Shown here: positions 10,027 to 21,477 of the stretch, piece by piece | Layout of the letters: each line of letters starts with the position of its first letter | How positions within the stretch are numbered: the stretch's first letter is position 1 | NCBI GenBank assembly: GCA_051251915.1 | Contig: JBPOGF010000008.1 | Span: 96,306-160,305 of the forward strand | Length of the DNA: 64,000 nucleotides | DNA from: Akkermansiaceae bacterium | GTDB taxonomy: Bacteria > Verrucomicrobiota > Verrucomicrobiia > Verrucomicrobiales > Akkermansiaceae | Direction: 5' to 3' | Notes under the pieces: model-generated | The model's input: the letters and a program-made list of their open reading frames with translations, nothing else | Database searches by the model: none | What the model was told of the DNA's origin: nothing | Translations under genes and position numbers: made by a program

Positions 10027-11391
10027 TTACTCAGGATCCTTATTACCTATCTTATGGCTATTAAGGTATTTAATAGGCTCTTTTCCATCATACATGACAC
10101 CATCGATGAAGTCCGCAGTTGCGGGCTTATACCCATCATAATCAAGTGCTGGATAATCTTCTGCAGTTAGAGTCCCCTCCTCCACCAACATATCCGCCGC
10201 CTTGCGATAGACATCTGGAAGGTAAACACTCTTAGCTGTCTCATGATACCATGATGCAGACTTAGCCTCTGTGATCTGCCCCCAACGGCGCATCTGTGTC
10301 AGGAACCAGATACCATCTGAGTAATGAGGGTAAGAACAGTGATATTTGAAAAACACATTGAAGTCAGGCATTGGACGCTTGTCAGTCTTCTGAAAGAAAA
10401 AGAAACCAGTCATCGAATTCTTAATCACATCAAAATCCGCCCCTACATAGTTCTTCTGAGAAAGAATACGACATGCCTCATCTCGGTTAACCAGCTTCCC
10501 ACTTTCATCTGTTTCATCAAGCCATTTCCCAGCCTTAATAAGCGCCTTTGTAACTGCAATAAGTGTCTGAGGATTCTCATCCGCCCACGCCTTAGTTAAA
10601 CCAAATACCTTCTCTGGATTATTTTTCCAAATGTCATAATTCGTCACCACTGGAACACCTATACCCTTAGCAACTGCCTGCTGATTCCATGGCTCACCAA
10701 CGCAATAAGCCACATTCTTTCCTGACTCCAAAGTCGATGGCATCTGTGGCGGCGGTGTAGTCGACAACTCAATATCTCCATCAGTGAAACCCTTCAGGTC
10801 AGTAGACGTATACATACCAGGGTGAATCCCAGCCGCTGCTAGCCAGTAACGGAACTCATAGTTGTGTGTAGACACAGGGAACACCATTCCCATTGGCAAC
10901 TTCTTCCCCTCTTCCTTAGCTTCCATAACAATCGGCTTCAGCGCGTCTGCCGTGATTGGATGCGGTGGAGTGTCTGACTGAAGCTTCTCATCATTCTCCT
11001 GCATTCCCTCCCAAATCGCATTTGAAACAGTAATCGCATTACCATTAAGGTCTAATGTGTAAGGCGTAACAATATGCGCCTTTGTTCCAAAACCAATGGT
11101 CGCCGCAATCGGCTGACCAGATAGCATATGAGCACCATCAAGTTCACCAGTTATTACGTTATCAAGAAGCTGTTTCCAGTTAGGCTGGGCAATAACCTCA
11201 ACCTGAAGACCCTCAGCCTCAAAAAAGCCTTTTTCCTTAGCTATCACTAGCGGGGCACAATCTGTCAGCTTAATAAAACCAAACTTCAATGAGCTCTTCT
11301 CCACATCTAGCTGTTCAGCCGAAACCAGAGATGCACTAAACATCCCGACTGCCGCTGAAAGCATACCTATCGTTTTTTTTGTTTTTGTCAT
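10027..11391 (-). CDS. nrtA: CmpA/NrtA-family nitrate ABC transporter substrate-binding protein
   Basis: [44 protein letters not shown]. The signal peptide fits the ATG at 11391 (ORF track starts at 11415). Confidence 0.92.
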   Translation of the reverse strand: MTKTKKTIGMLSAAVGMFSASLVSAEQLDVEKSSLKFGFIKLTDCAPLVIAKEKGFFEAEGLQVEVIAQPNWKQLLDNVITGELDGAHMLSGQPIAATIGFGTKAHIVTPYTLDLNGNAITVSNAIWEGMQENDEKLQSDTPPHPITADALKPIVMEAKEEGKKLPMGMVFPVSTHNYEFRYWLAAAGIHPGMYTSTDLKGFTDGDIELSTTPPPQMPSTLESGKNVAYCVGEPWNQQAVAKGIGVPVVTNYDIWKNNPEKVFGLTKAWADENPQTLIAVTKALIKAGKWLDETDESGKLVNRDEACRILSQKNYVGADFDVIKNSMTGFFFFQKTDKRPMPDFNVFFKYHCSYPHYSDGIWFLTQMRRWGQITEAKSASWYHETAKSVYLPDVYRKAADMLVEEGTLTAEDYPALDYDGYKPATADFIDGVMYDGKEPIKYLNSHKIGNKDPE

Positions 11392-11606
11392 AGATTCAAT
11401 AATTAAATTATTCATAACTTAACCAGCATCTAGCAGACCAGAATCAATGAATATGACTCATTATATCCATTAATACACATCGTAGTATACTTCATTACTA
11501 ATTAGCAAAACCGTTCAAGGGCATGAGATAAAAAAGCAAAATTCACCTTCTCTGTACACCCCCACCTGTGGCCTTGTCACCAGCAAAACATACCTCTATA
11601 GCAGAT

Positions 11607-12896
11607 CTACTCTCCAGCGTAAATCTTAGCCACCTCATCAGCTATAATCTCTATCCCTGCCTTCACTGAAGCCGCCGGCATCGTGTAAGTCACACGGATA
11701 CACTCGTGCTCATGCCTCCACTCATCTTCCTCCCCTTCAAGCCCAAAGAAGAAATGATGCCCAGACACAACCAGCACCCCCCTATCTTTCAGCCGAACAT
11801 AAAGCTCCTGTGAAGTGACCGGCAGATCCTTAAACCACAACCAAAGGAACAACGCCCCCTCACTCACATGCTGTCGATAAGGTAAACCATCATCAAAAAA
11901 CTCCGTAACCCACTCCTGCGCCTGAACAGATTTCCCCTTATAAAACGGCTTAACAATCTCGTTACTGATCTTAAGAATTTCTCCAGACTCAATCAACGGT
12001 CGCATCAATGCCTGCCCCATATTGTTATTCGCAAGACCAATAATTGCACTCATCGATGAAACAGCAGCCGCCACCTCCTCACTAGCCACAACAATCCCAG
12101 TCCGCGTCCCAGGAAGCCCAATCTTAGACAAGCTCAATGTCAAAATCACCTGCTCATCCCACATTGGATTCGCCTCCGCAAAGAAAATATTAGGAAAAGG
12201 AGCTCCATAAGCATTATCAATAATAAACGGAATACCATGCTCCTTCGCAAGATCCGCTAACCTCTTCATCTCATTATCCGTCAAAACATTACCAGTAGGA
12301 TTAGTCGGACGTGAAACACAGATCGCCGCAATATCATCCGTGATCTCCAACGCATCAAAATCCACCCTATACTTAAACTGGTGCTCACCCACTTCCTCAA
12401 TAATCGGCTTATAAGCCTTAAAGAAATCTTCCCCCACTGACTGATTCGCATACCCAATATACTCAGGCACCACCGGTAACAAAATTTTCTTCCGCCTACC
12501 ATCAGCCATCCTCCCTGCCAACGCATTAAACAAAAAGAAAAACGCAGTCTGCCCACCACTCGTAATAGAAATATTCTTCTCCGTAACCTCCCACCCAAAA
12601 TGCTCATTCAGCATCTTAGCCAACGCCTTCAAAAACCCAGGCGTCCCATTCGGCGGATCATAATTCCCAACCACCGCCTCAAAACTCCCCGGAGTATTCA
12701 CAGGATGAGACATAATCTCCTCCATCCTCTCACGCCACAACGCATCCACCGCATCAATATGCGCCGGCTGACCACCCCCAAGCATGATCATATCATCACC
12801 ACCCTCAGCCAATGCGTTCCCAAGATCACTCATCAACTCTTCTATCCCACTCCCGAGACACAACCTCTCACCAAATTTTGAAAATTCTACCTTCAT
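11607..12896 (-). CDS. avtA: Valine--pyruvate transaminase
   Basis: SGIEELMSDL, MLGGGQPA, PEYIGY, SRPTNPTGNV, DNAYGAPFP, SLSKIGLPG, EGALFLWLWF. Confidence 0.9.
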   Translation of the reverse strand: MKVEFSKFGERLCLGSGIEELMSDLGNALAEGGDDMIMLGGGQPAHIDAVDALWRERMEEIMSHPVNTPGSFEAVVGNYDPPNGTPGFLKALAKMLNEHFGWEVTEKNISITSGGQTAFFFLFNALAGRMADGRRKKILLPVVPEYIGYANQSVGEDFFKAYKPIIEEVGEHQFKYRVDFDALEITDDIAAICVSRPTNPTGNVLTDNEMKRLADLAKEHGIPFIIDNAYGAPFPNIFFAEANPMWDEQVILTLSLSKIGLPGTRTGIVVASEEVAAAVSSMSAIIGLANNNMGQALMRPLIESGEILKISNEIVKPFYKGKSVQAQEWVTEFFDDGLPYRQHVSEGALFLWLWFKDLPVTSQELYVRLKDRGVLVVSGHHFFFGLEGEEDEWRHEHECIRVTYTMPAASVKAGIEIIADEVAKIYAGE

Positions 12897-12986
12897 CGTT
12901 TTTAATCTAACAGTTCCTAGATCTTAACGCCCCTGCCCCAAGAGACAATCACAAACATTTATCTCCCTCTCTAAACCCCCAAAACT

Positions 12987-15900
12987 CTACTCAGGACTAC
13001 CTAATCTAAGGAAATACGTCTTCGCCGTAGTCAGCACCTTAACTCGCACCTTAGAAACAACTCCATCAACCGCCACCGATGACACCAACTCCATATCCGT
13101 CCCCAAAGCAAGATTAGCAAACTCCATCTTATCACCTCCTTGAACCAAGTAATCAGTTCCCATCGTCAAGTCAGAGCGGATCTCCCATTCAAAAATAAAC
13201 CCCTCTTCACCAGCATCATCAACCACACCCACCGGCTGAATCACTGGCCCCCACTCTCTAGCATTTGTCGGACTTGTATTTCCCCAGAATTCAAACAGAT
13301 TGATACTCCCATCACCATCAGGATCAAGAACCGGATTAATCTCAGACACCCCAAACCACTCTTTCGCCCACTCATCCGCTATCCCATCACCTTGACTATC
13401 GTCATTAAGCAGATTAATAACGTTCACCGTGACCTCCGTAATAGCCGTCCCTGGATTCGCCAAAAAGTCATCACTTGCTCTCACTGTTAGATCATGCGTA
13501 GTGGCCACCTCATAATCCAATCCAGGTTGAGCGATAAAAATTTGCCCCGTGGTAGGATCAATATCAAAATATCCATCCGCATTTCCACCAGTTATAGAAT
13601 AAATCAACTCACCCCTGCTCGCATCTGGAGCATCAGGGTCGCTAGCTGTAACCTTCGCTCCCACATTGGTCGTCACAGCGCTATTCTCCACCACTGATCT
13701 TGTAGTACCTGCCAGACTAAAGTTAGGCTTAGCGTTAGCGTAATCTTCAATCCAATCAACCAACAACGCCACACCCTCATCATCCACCACATTAGATCCA
13801 AACGGAGGCATGCGCGAATATCCATTCGTCTCAGACACACGACTCAAAATAATTGAGTTCTCAGTATCACCCGGAATGACCAACCGATCCTTCTCATCCA
13901 CAACCTGAAATCCAATCGCCTCACCGTGAAGCAACTGAGTCTCTTCCATAGTAAGAAAATGCTCCCCACTCCAAGAATCGGGCACCAATCCATTCCCCTC
14001 AAAATGACAATATGAACAATTCACCGCTAGATAAGACTTCACCCGCTCCTCAAGATTAACTCCAATCTCACTCGGCCTACTATAATGCGGCAAAGACGCT
14101 GTACCCGAAACAATAGGAGTCAAATACCCAGCCGTTTGCAAAAGGTTAAGATAATTTCCACTCACCCCATTAAGCTCACCATCATGATTCAACTGCCTAG
14201 TATTCAACCCCAACATCACATTGTTAGAAGAAGTATGGCATTGATAACACTCAGACCGTGAAGGAATACGCCAAATCTGTGAATTTGTGACACCTCCCTC
14301 TTTAATCGGCAATTCCAGATTCACACCATCGTCCCCCACAAGAGTAGCCTCAGTCCCAGCCTCATTCCACTCATACGTCATCCCATAAAATCCATCATCC
14401 GTTTTCACAAGAAAACGCGTCTCTATCCTACGAACATCCGTCCCAGGATTATCCCGATCAAGATCCATATCAAAATGCTTCATCGTCACCATCCCAGCAG
14501 GAAATTCCCAAAACCCATCTTCCGAGTATTGCATTGGATTCGTAGTATCCACCATATTCAAATAACGACTCTTAATCGCCCCATCAGACCAGAAAGAAAG
14601 ATTAACATCATACGCATGCATTCCTGCACTAGTCTCTAAATTCTCAACATCTTCAAACGCCCCCGTATTCGAAAGCTTCTGTGGTAATTGACTATCAAAA
14701 TCCGCCGCAGAATACTCTACTTTCCGAATCATATGATCATCACTATCAGCCAGCAACATTTCCCCTGTAGTAGGATTTGTCAGCATCGCAGTGATGCCAG
14801 TTTCTGAACCCAGCCGCGTCACGGATGCCTCATAAGTTCCAAAAGCAAAAACCCCACCCAAAGTTGTCTCCTGAATCCCCACATCATCCAAATAGTAGAG
14901 GTCAGGATTGGCTGATTCTAACACAGGGTCCACCATCTGAAAGGCACTATGATCATCACGATGCACCGCCCAAATATCACCACGGTTAAAATCACACATC
15001 AGAAATGAATTCGTCAGCGTAGGAATTTCCACCGATTGATAAAACTCTCCACCAATAATCGATTTATTATTCGCCCCACTATTACTATCCGTCACATAAT
15101 ACTCCACAACTGGTTGCACATACTGAAATCCCTGTGGCGCAGAGATCCCATAAGTAGTTTGCAACCACTCCACATCCCCAGTCCCAGAATAAAATGCCCA
15201 CCCTGCATTACCACCCTTCGGCATAATCAAGTACCGCTCCTTTAGTGACCCCATCACATCAGCCACCCACAAATCAGAAGTCCCCGGAACAAATCCTATC
15301 TTCCACGGATTACGAAATCCATAGCAATACATCTCCGTTCTCACCCTACTCGGATCAGTAGCCTTACCAAAAGAAGTACTCACCCCCGTTCCATCAGCCG
15401 CCACTATATCCAAAAACGGATTATCATTCGGAATCGAATAATGGGCCAACCCACTCCCATCCACAGGAATCGTCCAGTTTCCATACTCATCAGCCAGATC
15501 ACTCGCCAAATTCTGCGGTTCATAATTCCCTGACTTCTTATCCACATCTATGCGCAACACAGAAGACCAGAAACCCTGATCAATAGTTTGAGTAAGCTCC
15601 GCAGCGGGACGTCCCTGCTGACTCACCTGCTTACCATCTCCCACCGGAATATAAAGATATCCATCTGGCCCAAACATCAACCGATTGAAACCATGAGAAC
15701 GATGATAATTCTCCTGAATAAGCACTTGCTCAGTCGCATTGCTCACCAGCCCCAAATTATTAGGATCAGCAGTGAACCGAGAAACTCGTGTCCACCCCTC
15801 ATTATCACTCGGATAAGTAACATAAAAATACCCATTATTATTAAAGTCAGGGTGAAATGCCACTCCTCCCATACCGTTAAAATACCGATCCGTATTTACG

Positions 15901-16775
15901 GACGAACGATCAAGAATCTTCACCTTAGTCGGGTTCGCTGCATTGATGTCAGGGATCATCCAGATCACCCCACGTGTCTCCACCACAAAAAGCTTTTCAG
16001 GGTGTCCAGCCAAAGCCTCCAAACTAGCAATCTCAGTAAAAGTCAACCCAGGGAAAGCATCCGGAAACGAATAGCCTCCCACAGGCGTGGACAGCGGAAA
16101 ATTCAACCCTCCATCCTCATTAGTCAACCCCACAGCCGTCAATTGCAGAGATGCTATCGTAACATGCAGTGCATCCCGAACCACATTGATTACCAAATTC
16201 CCATTTCCATCAGTCGAAAGATCAGTCAGTGATACAAACCCATTACCCAAAGTATTGGTCGTCGCACTCTCACCATCAGATATCCAAGTGGCATTAAAAT
16301 TAGCATTATCATTATCCCACCCACCACTTAGATTATAAGCCAAACTATCATCCAGACCACTAAAAGTAAGCGTCAACCGCGCATTAGTTAACGGGTTACC
16401 AGTATCACTAGTGAGTGGGTTACCACTCGTATTGTTTGAAATAATACAATCCGAGTAAATAGAACTATCGTCCATCAATCCATATCCTTCCTCACCCGTA
16501 ACAAGAGTCACCCTAGCCGAATCCTGACCCGTATTATTCTGAACACTAAAAGTGACATCAGCCACCGCTCCCCCATCAGTATTCTTGAGCACACCAGAAA
16601 AAGATTCAGTCGCCCCATCAGCTATATCCACATCGCTATACTGGTTAAAATCGGAACCCGCTACCGGCGCCACTCCCCCAAAATCAATACCTATCGTCTG
16701 CCCAGAAAGCAAGGTATCTGCTGAACCATTTCCAGTCACTAGAAGACTAATCGATAGGTAAAATAAGCGTCTCAT
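12987..16775 (-). CDS. Large secreted PQQ-type glucose/sorbosone dehydrogenase beta-propeller with two c-type heme motifs and a cadherin domain
   Basis: Signal peptide; AFHPDF, FGPDGYLY, GFRNPWK, WVADV; CYQCH and CSYCH; RMPP; cadherin motifs ENSA/DPD/LDYE; DxDGDG repeats near the C-terminus. Confidence 0.8.
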   Translation of the reverse strand: MRRLFYLSISLLVTGNGSADTLLSGQTIGIDFGGVAPVAGSDFNQYSDVDIADGATESFSGVLKNTDGGAVADVTFSVQNNTGQDSARVTLVTGEEGYGLMDDSSIYSDCIISNNTSGNPLTSDTGNPLTNARLTLTFSGLDDSLAYNLSGGWDNDNANFNATWISDGESATTNTLGNGFVSLTDLSTDGNGNLVINVVRDALHVTIASLQLTAVGLTNEDGGLNFPLSTPVGGYSFPDAFPGLTFTEIASLEALAGHPEKLFVVETRGVIWMIPDINAANPTKVKILDRSSVNTDRYFNGMGGVAFHPDFNNNGYFYVTYPSDNEGWTRVSRFTADPNNLGLVSNATEQVLIQENYHRSHGFNRLMFGPDGYLYIPVGDGKQVSQQGRPAAELTQTIDQGFWSSVLRIDVDKKSGNYEPQNLASDLADEYGNWTIPVDGSGLAHYSIPNDNPFLDIVAADGTGVSTSFGKATDPSRVRTEMYCYGFRNPWKIGFVPGTSDLWVADVMGSLKERYLIMPKGGNAGWAFYSGTGDVEWLQTTYGISAPQGFQYVQPVVEYYVTDSNSGANNKSIIGGEFYQSVEIPTLTNSFLMCDFNRGDIWAVHRDDHSAFQMVDPVLESANPDLYYLDDVGIQETTLGGVFAFGTYEASVTRLGSETGITAMLTNPTTGEMLLADSDDHMIRKVEYSAADFDSQLPQKLSNTGAFEDVENLETSAGMHAYDVNLSFWSDGAIKSRYLNMVDTTNPMQYSEDGFWEFPAGMVTMKHFDMDLDRDNPGTDVRRIETRFLVKTDDGFYGMTYEWNEAGTEATLVGDDGVNLELPIKEGGVTNSQIWRIPSRSECYQCHTSSNNVMLGLNTRQLNHDGELNGVSGNYLNLLQTAGYLTPIVSGTASLPHYSRPSEIGVNLEERVKSYLAVNCSYCHFEGNGLVPDSWSGEHFLTMEETQLLHGEAIGFQVVDEKDRLVIPGDTENSIILSRVSETNGYSRMPPFGSNVVDDEGVALLVDWIEDYANAKPNFSLAGTTRSVVENSAVTTNVGAKVTASDPDAPDASRGELIYSITGGNADGYFDIDPTTGQIFIAQPGLDYEVATTHDLTVRASDDFLANPGTAITEVTVNVINLLNDDSQGDGIADEWAKEWFGVSEINPVLDPDGDGSINLFEFWGNTSPTNAREWGPVIQPVGVVDDAGEEGFIFEWEIRSDLTMGTDYLVQGGDKMEFANLALGTDMELVSSVAVDGVVSKVRVKVLTTAKTYFLRLGSPE

Positions 16776-17254
16776 AGAATATAATATTTAAATTTCATTT
16801 AATGCACAAACCAACAATAACAATCACCCTATATTATTTATAATGAACATCATGCGAAACAACCTAACTCACCCTATTCATTAACAACAAGAATAAATTA
16901 CATACCTATTTAGGTGAGTCACTTTGACGCACCAACCAACTCATTTCTCTAATTCCCCCCTTGAGAGACACTAATCAACGTCACTCAGCCAGTATCTCAG
17001 ATACTTTATCCCCTTCTAGCGACACTCAACAGAGCTCATACTCACCAAACTCTACGGTGAATTTCAGTTGAAAAGGATTACCATGCTTAGCATATCCAAA
17101 ATCATCGTGGCGTCAATTTCAGCGTTGTTAAGACTCTTGGTAGCAAACTCACCAGCCGCGGTGATGACCTGAGGTCAGTTTTCAACGATTAGAATCGATA
17201 TCCACTCAGCTAAAATGATTTTACATTGTCCACAACCTTCCTTAGCATCTCTTC

Positions 17255-19780
17255 ATGCGTATTATTTCTGTTTTCACTGCACTGGCCATCACATGGGCAG
17301 GATCTATCAGCGCACAGGAACCAGCTAAATACATACTAAATGATGACCCCATCTACTCAGAAGGCATCAATGCCCTCGCTGACCACCTCCCAGCGATCGC
17401 AACCAAAAAATTCGCCGCTCTATTAAAGTCGGAGAATCTGACCGATGACACCAAACTCAAGCTTCTCTTCCTACTCACTGAATCCCAAGTCCGGTCCAAT
17501 AAACCAACAGAAGCCCTCACTACATTATCAGACCCATTGATCGCAGAACACCCAGACGCACTATTCTGGAAAGGTCAAGCATTAGCAGGCACAGGCAGAT
17601 ACAATGACGCCATCCAAACCCTAGAACAAACTGACCCCAAGTCAAAAAACTACCAACTAGGCCAACTCAAAATCGCTAACCTTGCCGCCGCTCTCAATGA
17701 CATTGATAAAGCACTCACCATTCTTAACCAATCCATCAAAGGCAACAAAAACGTCTCCCCTCAGACATACATCTCGCTAGCAAACCTATACCTAGCTAAA
17801 GAAGATCCAGAGAATGCGGCCAAGATGCTCGCCAAAATCGAGCCATCGGATGAGCTTGTTTCAAAAGTAAAACAACTACTCCAAGCTCAGATCGACATTC
17901 TCCTAGGAAACTACCAAGAAGCAATCAAATCACTCGATGAGTTGATCCAGTCACCAGATAAGCTCAACCGCAAAACCCTCAGCTTCTCCACCCTTTACCT
18001 AGCCGATGCACTCCACCTCAGCGGACAAAACCAAGAAGCCATCAATACCCTTACTAGTTATCTAGACACACACCCCAGCCCCCTCTTAGGTTCTATGTTT
18101 GCCAGACTTGGAAAATGGATTCCTAGCGACACCCCCATCACTGACCCAGCCATCAAAAAACTAATCACTTGGGCAGGCGCAGACCAAAACCAGAAGCTCA
18201 CCAACCTCAGCAAAAAAGATGACCGCCACTCAGACCTCAGCGCCTTCGCACTCTACTATTACGCCCGTTACCTAGCAGGTCAAACTGAAGCCGCCAGCAA
18301 AACCAAGGCCATCTTCGAGTTCAACCGCCTCAGACTACGCTACCCCACTCACATCCTCGCCGGCACCTCACTCACAGATACCGCCACCACCCAGCTTTCA
18401 CTAGGTAGAATCGACGCCGCCCAAGACACCCTCAAGCTCATCCAAAGGCTCAACATACCCATCGCCCCCATCGCCAAACAACAAGCAGGCTTCCTCTTAG
18501 GCAAACTCAACCTCGATGAGCAAAATTACCCTGCCGCAGCTGCCGCATACCAAACCGTAGTAGATTCAGCCAGCGGCGAACTCAGAACAGCATCCATCGT
18601 AAACGCCGCCAGCAGTTACCTCGCAGCAGCAGACACCGAAGGATTCATTAAACTCAAGCAAAACATCGATGACCCAGCCATCCAGACTAATCTCACACTA
18701 GAATACGCTCTCTGGTTGGCCAGAGAAAATAAGATCATCGCTAGAACCATCCTCCATAACTTCACCCTCATGGAGCCTAACCACCCACGCATCACTGAAG
18801 CCAGACTAGCTCTCGCACTCCATTGTCTCCGAGTCTCCCCAGTAGATCTACATCTAAGCCAATCTATCATTCCTGAAATCAGTCAAGTGGAGCTGTTAGA
18901 CAATCAGCAAGCAGACTACTCCTACCTAATCTACAGAAATGCCATCTCTCATGCCGACTACGCTGGTGCCGCAGATGCCGCCAGACAATTCACAGAAACC
19001 TTCCCCGAACACCCGCGCCTAGCTGAGTTCACCCTCCTCCAAGGACAAGCACTCTACCACAACGGTCAGCACAATGAAGCACGTCGCATCCTCCTCAACA
19101 TGGTGAAAACTTACCCCCAGCACCCCCTAAAAAGCTACGCAGAATACTACGCAGCCATGTCTGCCAAGCTTGAAGGCACACCACAGTCACAGGAAGAATC
19201 CATCAAACTATTCTCACAAATTGCCAATTCAGATTCTAGCCTAGCCTCAGAATCCCTACTCCAGCTAGCCCAGCTCTACATCAACAAGAACCAACCTCAG
19301 AAAGCCATCCAAGCTCTCAAACCTGTCTTTGATGCCCAGCCAATTGGTAAGAAATCCCTCAACCTAGGAATCCTCCTCGCCTCAGCCTACCACGCCCTCG
19401 GAGATATCCAGCCAGAAAATTTCCAGTCGGCACTCGATATCTTCGACATCCTAATCAAGCAAAACCAAGGAAACTTCCAAGCGCTCAACGAAATCAAATA
19501 CAACAAAGCACTCGCCCTCCAACACATGAATAATGATGATGACGCACTAGAAATCTACTACTCCGTCATCAACATAGACCTCAATAAAGCACCCATCACT
19601 GAGTGGAAATGGTACTACAAATGCGGGTTCACAGCCATCGCAATGCTTGAGGAAATGAAAAACCCCAACGGAGCCATCGCCATCGCCAAAAAGCTTTCTA
19701 ACAGTAACGGCAGTCGCGCAGATGAAGCAGCCAAACGAGCAAGGTCACTTGAAATGAAATACATGATCTGGGAGTATTAG
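17255..19780 (+). CDS. Exported tetratricopeptide-repeat protein
   Basis: Signal peptide; repeated helical TPR-like units (ALFWKGQALAGTGRYNDA, LLQGQALYHNGQHNEA). Confidence 0.75.
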   Translation: MRIISVFTALAITWAGSISAQEPAKYILNDDPIYSEGINALADHLPAIATKKFAALLKSENLTDDTKLKLLFLLTESQVRSNKPTEALTTLSDPLIAEHPDALFWKGQALAGTGRYNDAIQTLEQTDPKSKNYQLGQLKIANLAAALNDIDKALTILNQSIKGNKNVSPQTYISLANLYLAKEDPENAAKMLAKIEPSDELVSKVKQLLQAQIDILLGNYQEAIKSLDELIQSPDKLNRKTLSFSTLYLADALHLSGQNQEAINTLTSYLDTHPSPLLGSMFARLGKWIPSDTPITDPAIKKLITWAGADQNQKLTNLSKKDDRHSDLSAFALYYYARYLAGQTEAASKTKAIFEFNRLRLRYPTHILAGTSLTDTATTQLSLGRIDAAQDTLKLIQRLNIPIAPIAKQQAGFLLGKLNLDEQNYPAAAAAYQTVVDSASGELRTASIVNAASSYLAAADTEGFIKLKQNIDDPAIQTNLTLEYALWLARENKIIARTILHNFTLMEPNHPRITEARLALALHCLRVSPVDLHLSQSIIPEISQVELLDNQQADYSYLIYRNAISHADYAGAADAARQFTETFPEHPRLAEFTLLQGQALYHNGQHNEARRILLNMVKTYPQHPLKSYAEYYAAMSAKLEGTPQSQEESIKLFSQIANSDSSLASESLLQLAQLYINKNQPQKAIQALKPVFDAQPIGKKSLNLGILLASAYHALGDIQPENFQSALDIFDILIKQNQGNFQALNEIKYNKALALQHMNNDDDALEIYYSVINIDLNKAPITEWKWYYKCGFTAIAMLEEMKNPNGAIAIAKKLSNSNGSRADEAAKRARSLEMKYMIWEY

Positions 19781-19876
19781 TTTGTCCTAATACTTCAAAC
19801 TACTGCATTTTTTAGTGTTACACGTGAGTCAAATATTGGTAATGGTATTTATACCCAAATTTACCTTTATAAACTC

Positions 19877-21367
19877 ATGTTAAAATCCATCAAACCCATT
19901 TTCCATCTCCTCATAGCCGCCTTGGTTGCCAGCCAAATAACCACCGCCGCCACCAAACCAAACATCCTCTGGATATTTTCAGACGACCACTCCTTCCAAA
20001 CCATCGGTGCCTATGGTGGACGCTTAGAAAAGCTTAACATGACTCCTAACATCGACCGCTTAGCCAAAGAAGGCATGAGATTCGATCGCTGCTACGTCAC
20101 CAATTCCATCTGCGGGCCAAGCCGCGCCGTCCTCCTCACAGGAAAACACAGCCACCTCAACGGAAAAATGGATAACCGTGGCGACTTCAACCACGACCAA
20201 CAAAACTTCGCCAAAATCCTCCAGAAAAATGGCTACCAAACCGCCATGATCGGCAAAATCCACCTCAACGGTGCTATGCAAGGATTCGACTACTGGGACG
20301 TCCTCCCCGGCCAAGGCCTCTACAACAACCCAGAATTCATCTCAGCCAAAGGAAAACTCAAGCACAAAGGCTACGTCAGCGACATCATCACTGACAAATC
20401 TCTCAACTGGCTCCAAAAACAGCGCGACACAACCAAACCATTCATGCTCATGATGCACCACAAAGCTCCCCACAGAAACTGGCATCCAGCTAAACGTCAC
20501 ATGCACCTCTACAAAGACATCGAAATCCCAGAACCAACAACACTCTTTGACGACTACACAGGCCGCGGCACCCCAGCCCACAACCAAGACATGAGCATCG
20601 AAAAAACCATGCGCATGGAAGGCGACGTCAAACTAGGTGGTAAATACACCTCCCACTCCCAATACAAAGAAAGAAACACCTACTACCAAAAACACAACCC
20701 CACAGGCAAGGACCTAGTCAAATTCAAATATCAACTCTACATGAAAGACTACCTCCGCTGCATTTGGGCGGTCGATGAAAGTGTAGGCAGAGTACTAGAC
20801 TACCTAGAAACCTCAGGACTAGGTGAAAACACCATCGTCATGTACAGCTCAGACCAAGGCTTCTACATGGGCGAACACGGCTGGTTTGACAAACGCTTCA
20901 TGTACGAAGAATCCTTCCGCACCCCACTCATCGTCAAATGGCCAAACCAAGTCAAACCCGGCACCGTCAACACAGACCTAGTTCAGAACCTAGACTTCGC
21001 AGAAACATTCCTAGACCTAGCCGGCATCCAGTCCCCTGCTGACATGCAAGGCGAAAGCATCCTCCCACTCATCAAAGGAAACACTCCCGCTGACTGGAGA
21101 ACATCCCTCTACTACCACTACTACGCATTCCCCTCCACTCACGACGTCAGAAAGCACGAAGGAGTCTCAGAAAAACGCTTCAAACTCATCCGCTTCTACG
21201 GAAAAGGCGTCCCAGACGGAGAAGAATGGGAACTCTACGACCTACAAACAGATCCACAAGAAATGAACAGCCAATACAACAATCCTGAATACGCAGGCGA
21301 AGTCACCAGACTCAAAAAAGAACTCCACCGCCTCCGCAAATACTATCAAGTACCAGACGCTAAATAA
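19877..21367 (+). CDS. Formylglycine-dependent (S1) sulfatase
   Basis: KPNILWIFSDD, CGPSRAVLLTG, GKIHL, HHKAPH, SDQG, DKRFMYEES; signal peptide. Confidence 0.93.
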   Translation: MLKSIKPIFHLLIAALVASQITTAATKPNILWIFSDDHSFQTIGAYGGRLEKLNMTPNIDRLAKEGMRFDRCYVTNSICGPSRAVLLTGKHSHLNGKMDNRGDFNHDQQNFAKILQKNGYQTAMIGKIHLNGAMQGFDYWDVLPGQGLYNNPEFISAKGKLKHKGYVSDIITDKSLNWLQKQRDTTKPFMLMMHHKAPHRNWHPAKRHMHLYKDIEIPEPTTLFDDYTGRGTPAHNQDMSIEKTMRMEGDVKLGGKYTSHSQYKERNTYYQKHNPTGKDLVKFKYQLYMKDYLRCIWAVDESVGRVLDYLETSGLGENTIVMYSSDQGFYMGEHGWFDKRFMYEESFRTPLIVKWPNQVKPGTVNTDLVQNLDFAETFLDLAGIQSPADMQGESILPLIKGNTPADWRTSLYYHYYAFPSTHDVRKHEGVSEKRFKLIRFYGKGVPDGEEWELYDLQTDPQEMNSQYNNPEYAGEVTRLKKELHRLRKYYQVPDAK

Positions 21368-21477
21368 CCAAATTAGAACCATTCAAATAAAGTTTCTGAA
21401 TTTCTCAGACATAGCTTGAAATTAGATGCTATTTCCGCTACACCCGTCCCAGTTCACAACTCTACAAATACAATCAC

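Noticed and set aside
11373..11380. Eight-base homopolymer in the nrtA signal-peptide region as a phase-variation tract
   Set aside because: Short, in frame, and explained by Lys/Thr codons
11440..11500. ANTAR (NasR/NasT) dual-hairpin leader upstream of nrtA
   Set aside because: AATGAA and AATGGA hexamers are present but lack convincing closing stems
11504..11520. Possible sigma-54 promoter for nrtA (minus strand TTGAACGGTTTTGCT)
   Set aside because: It reads TT-N10-GC; the invariant GG and its spacing are not met
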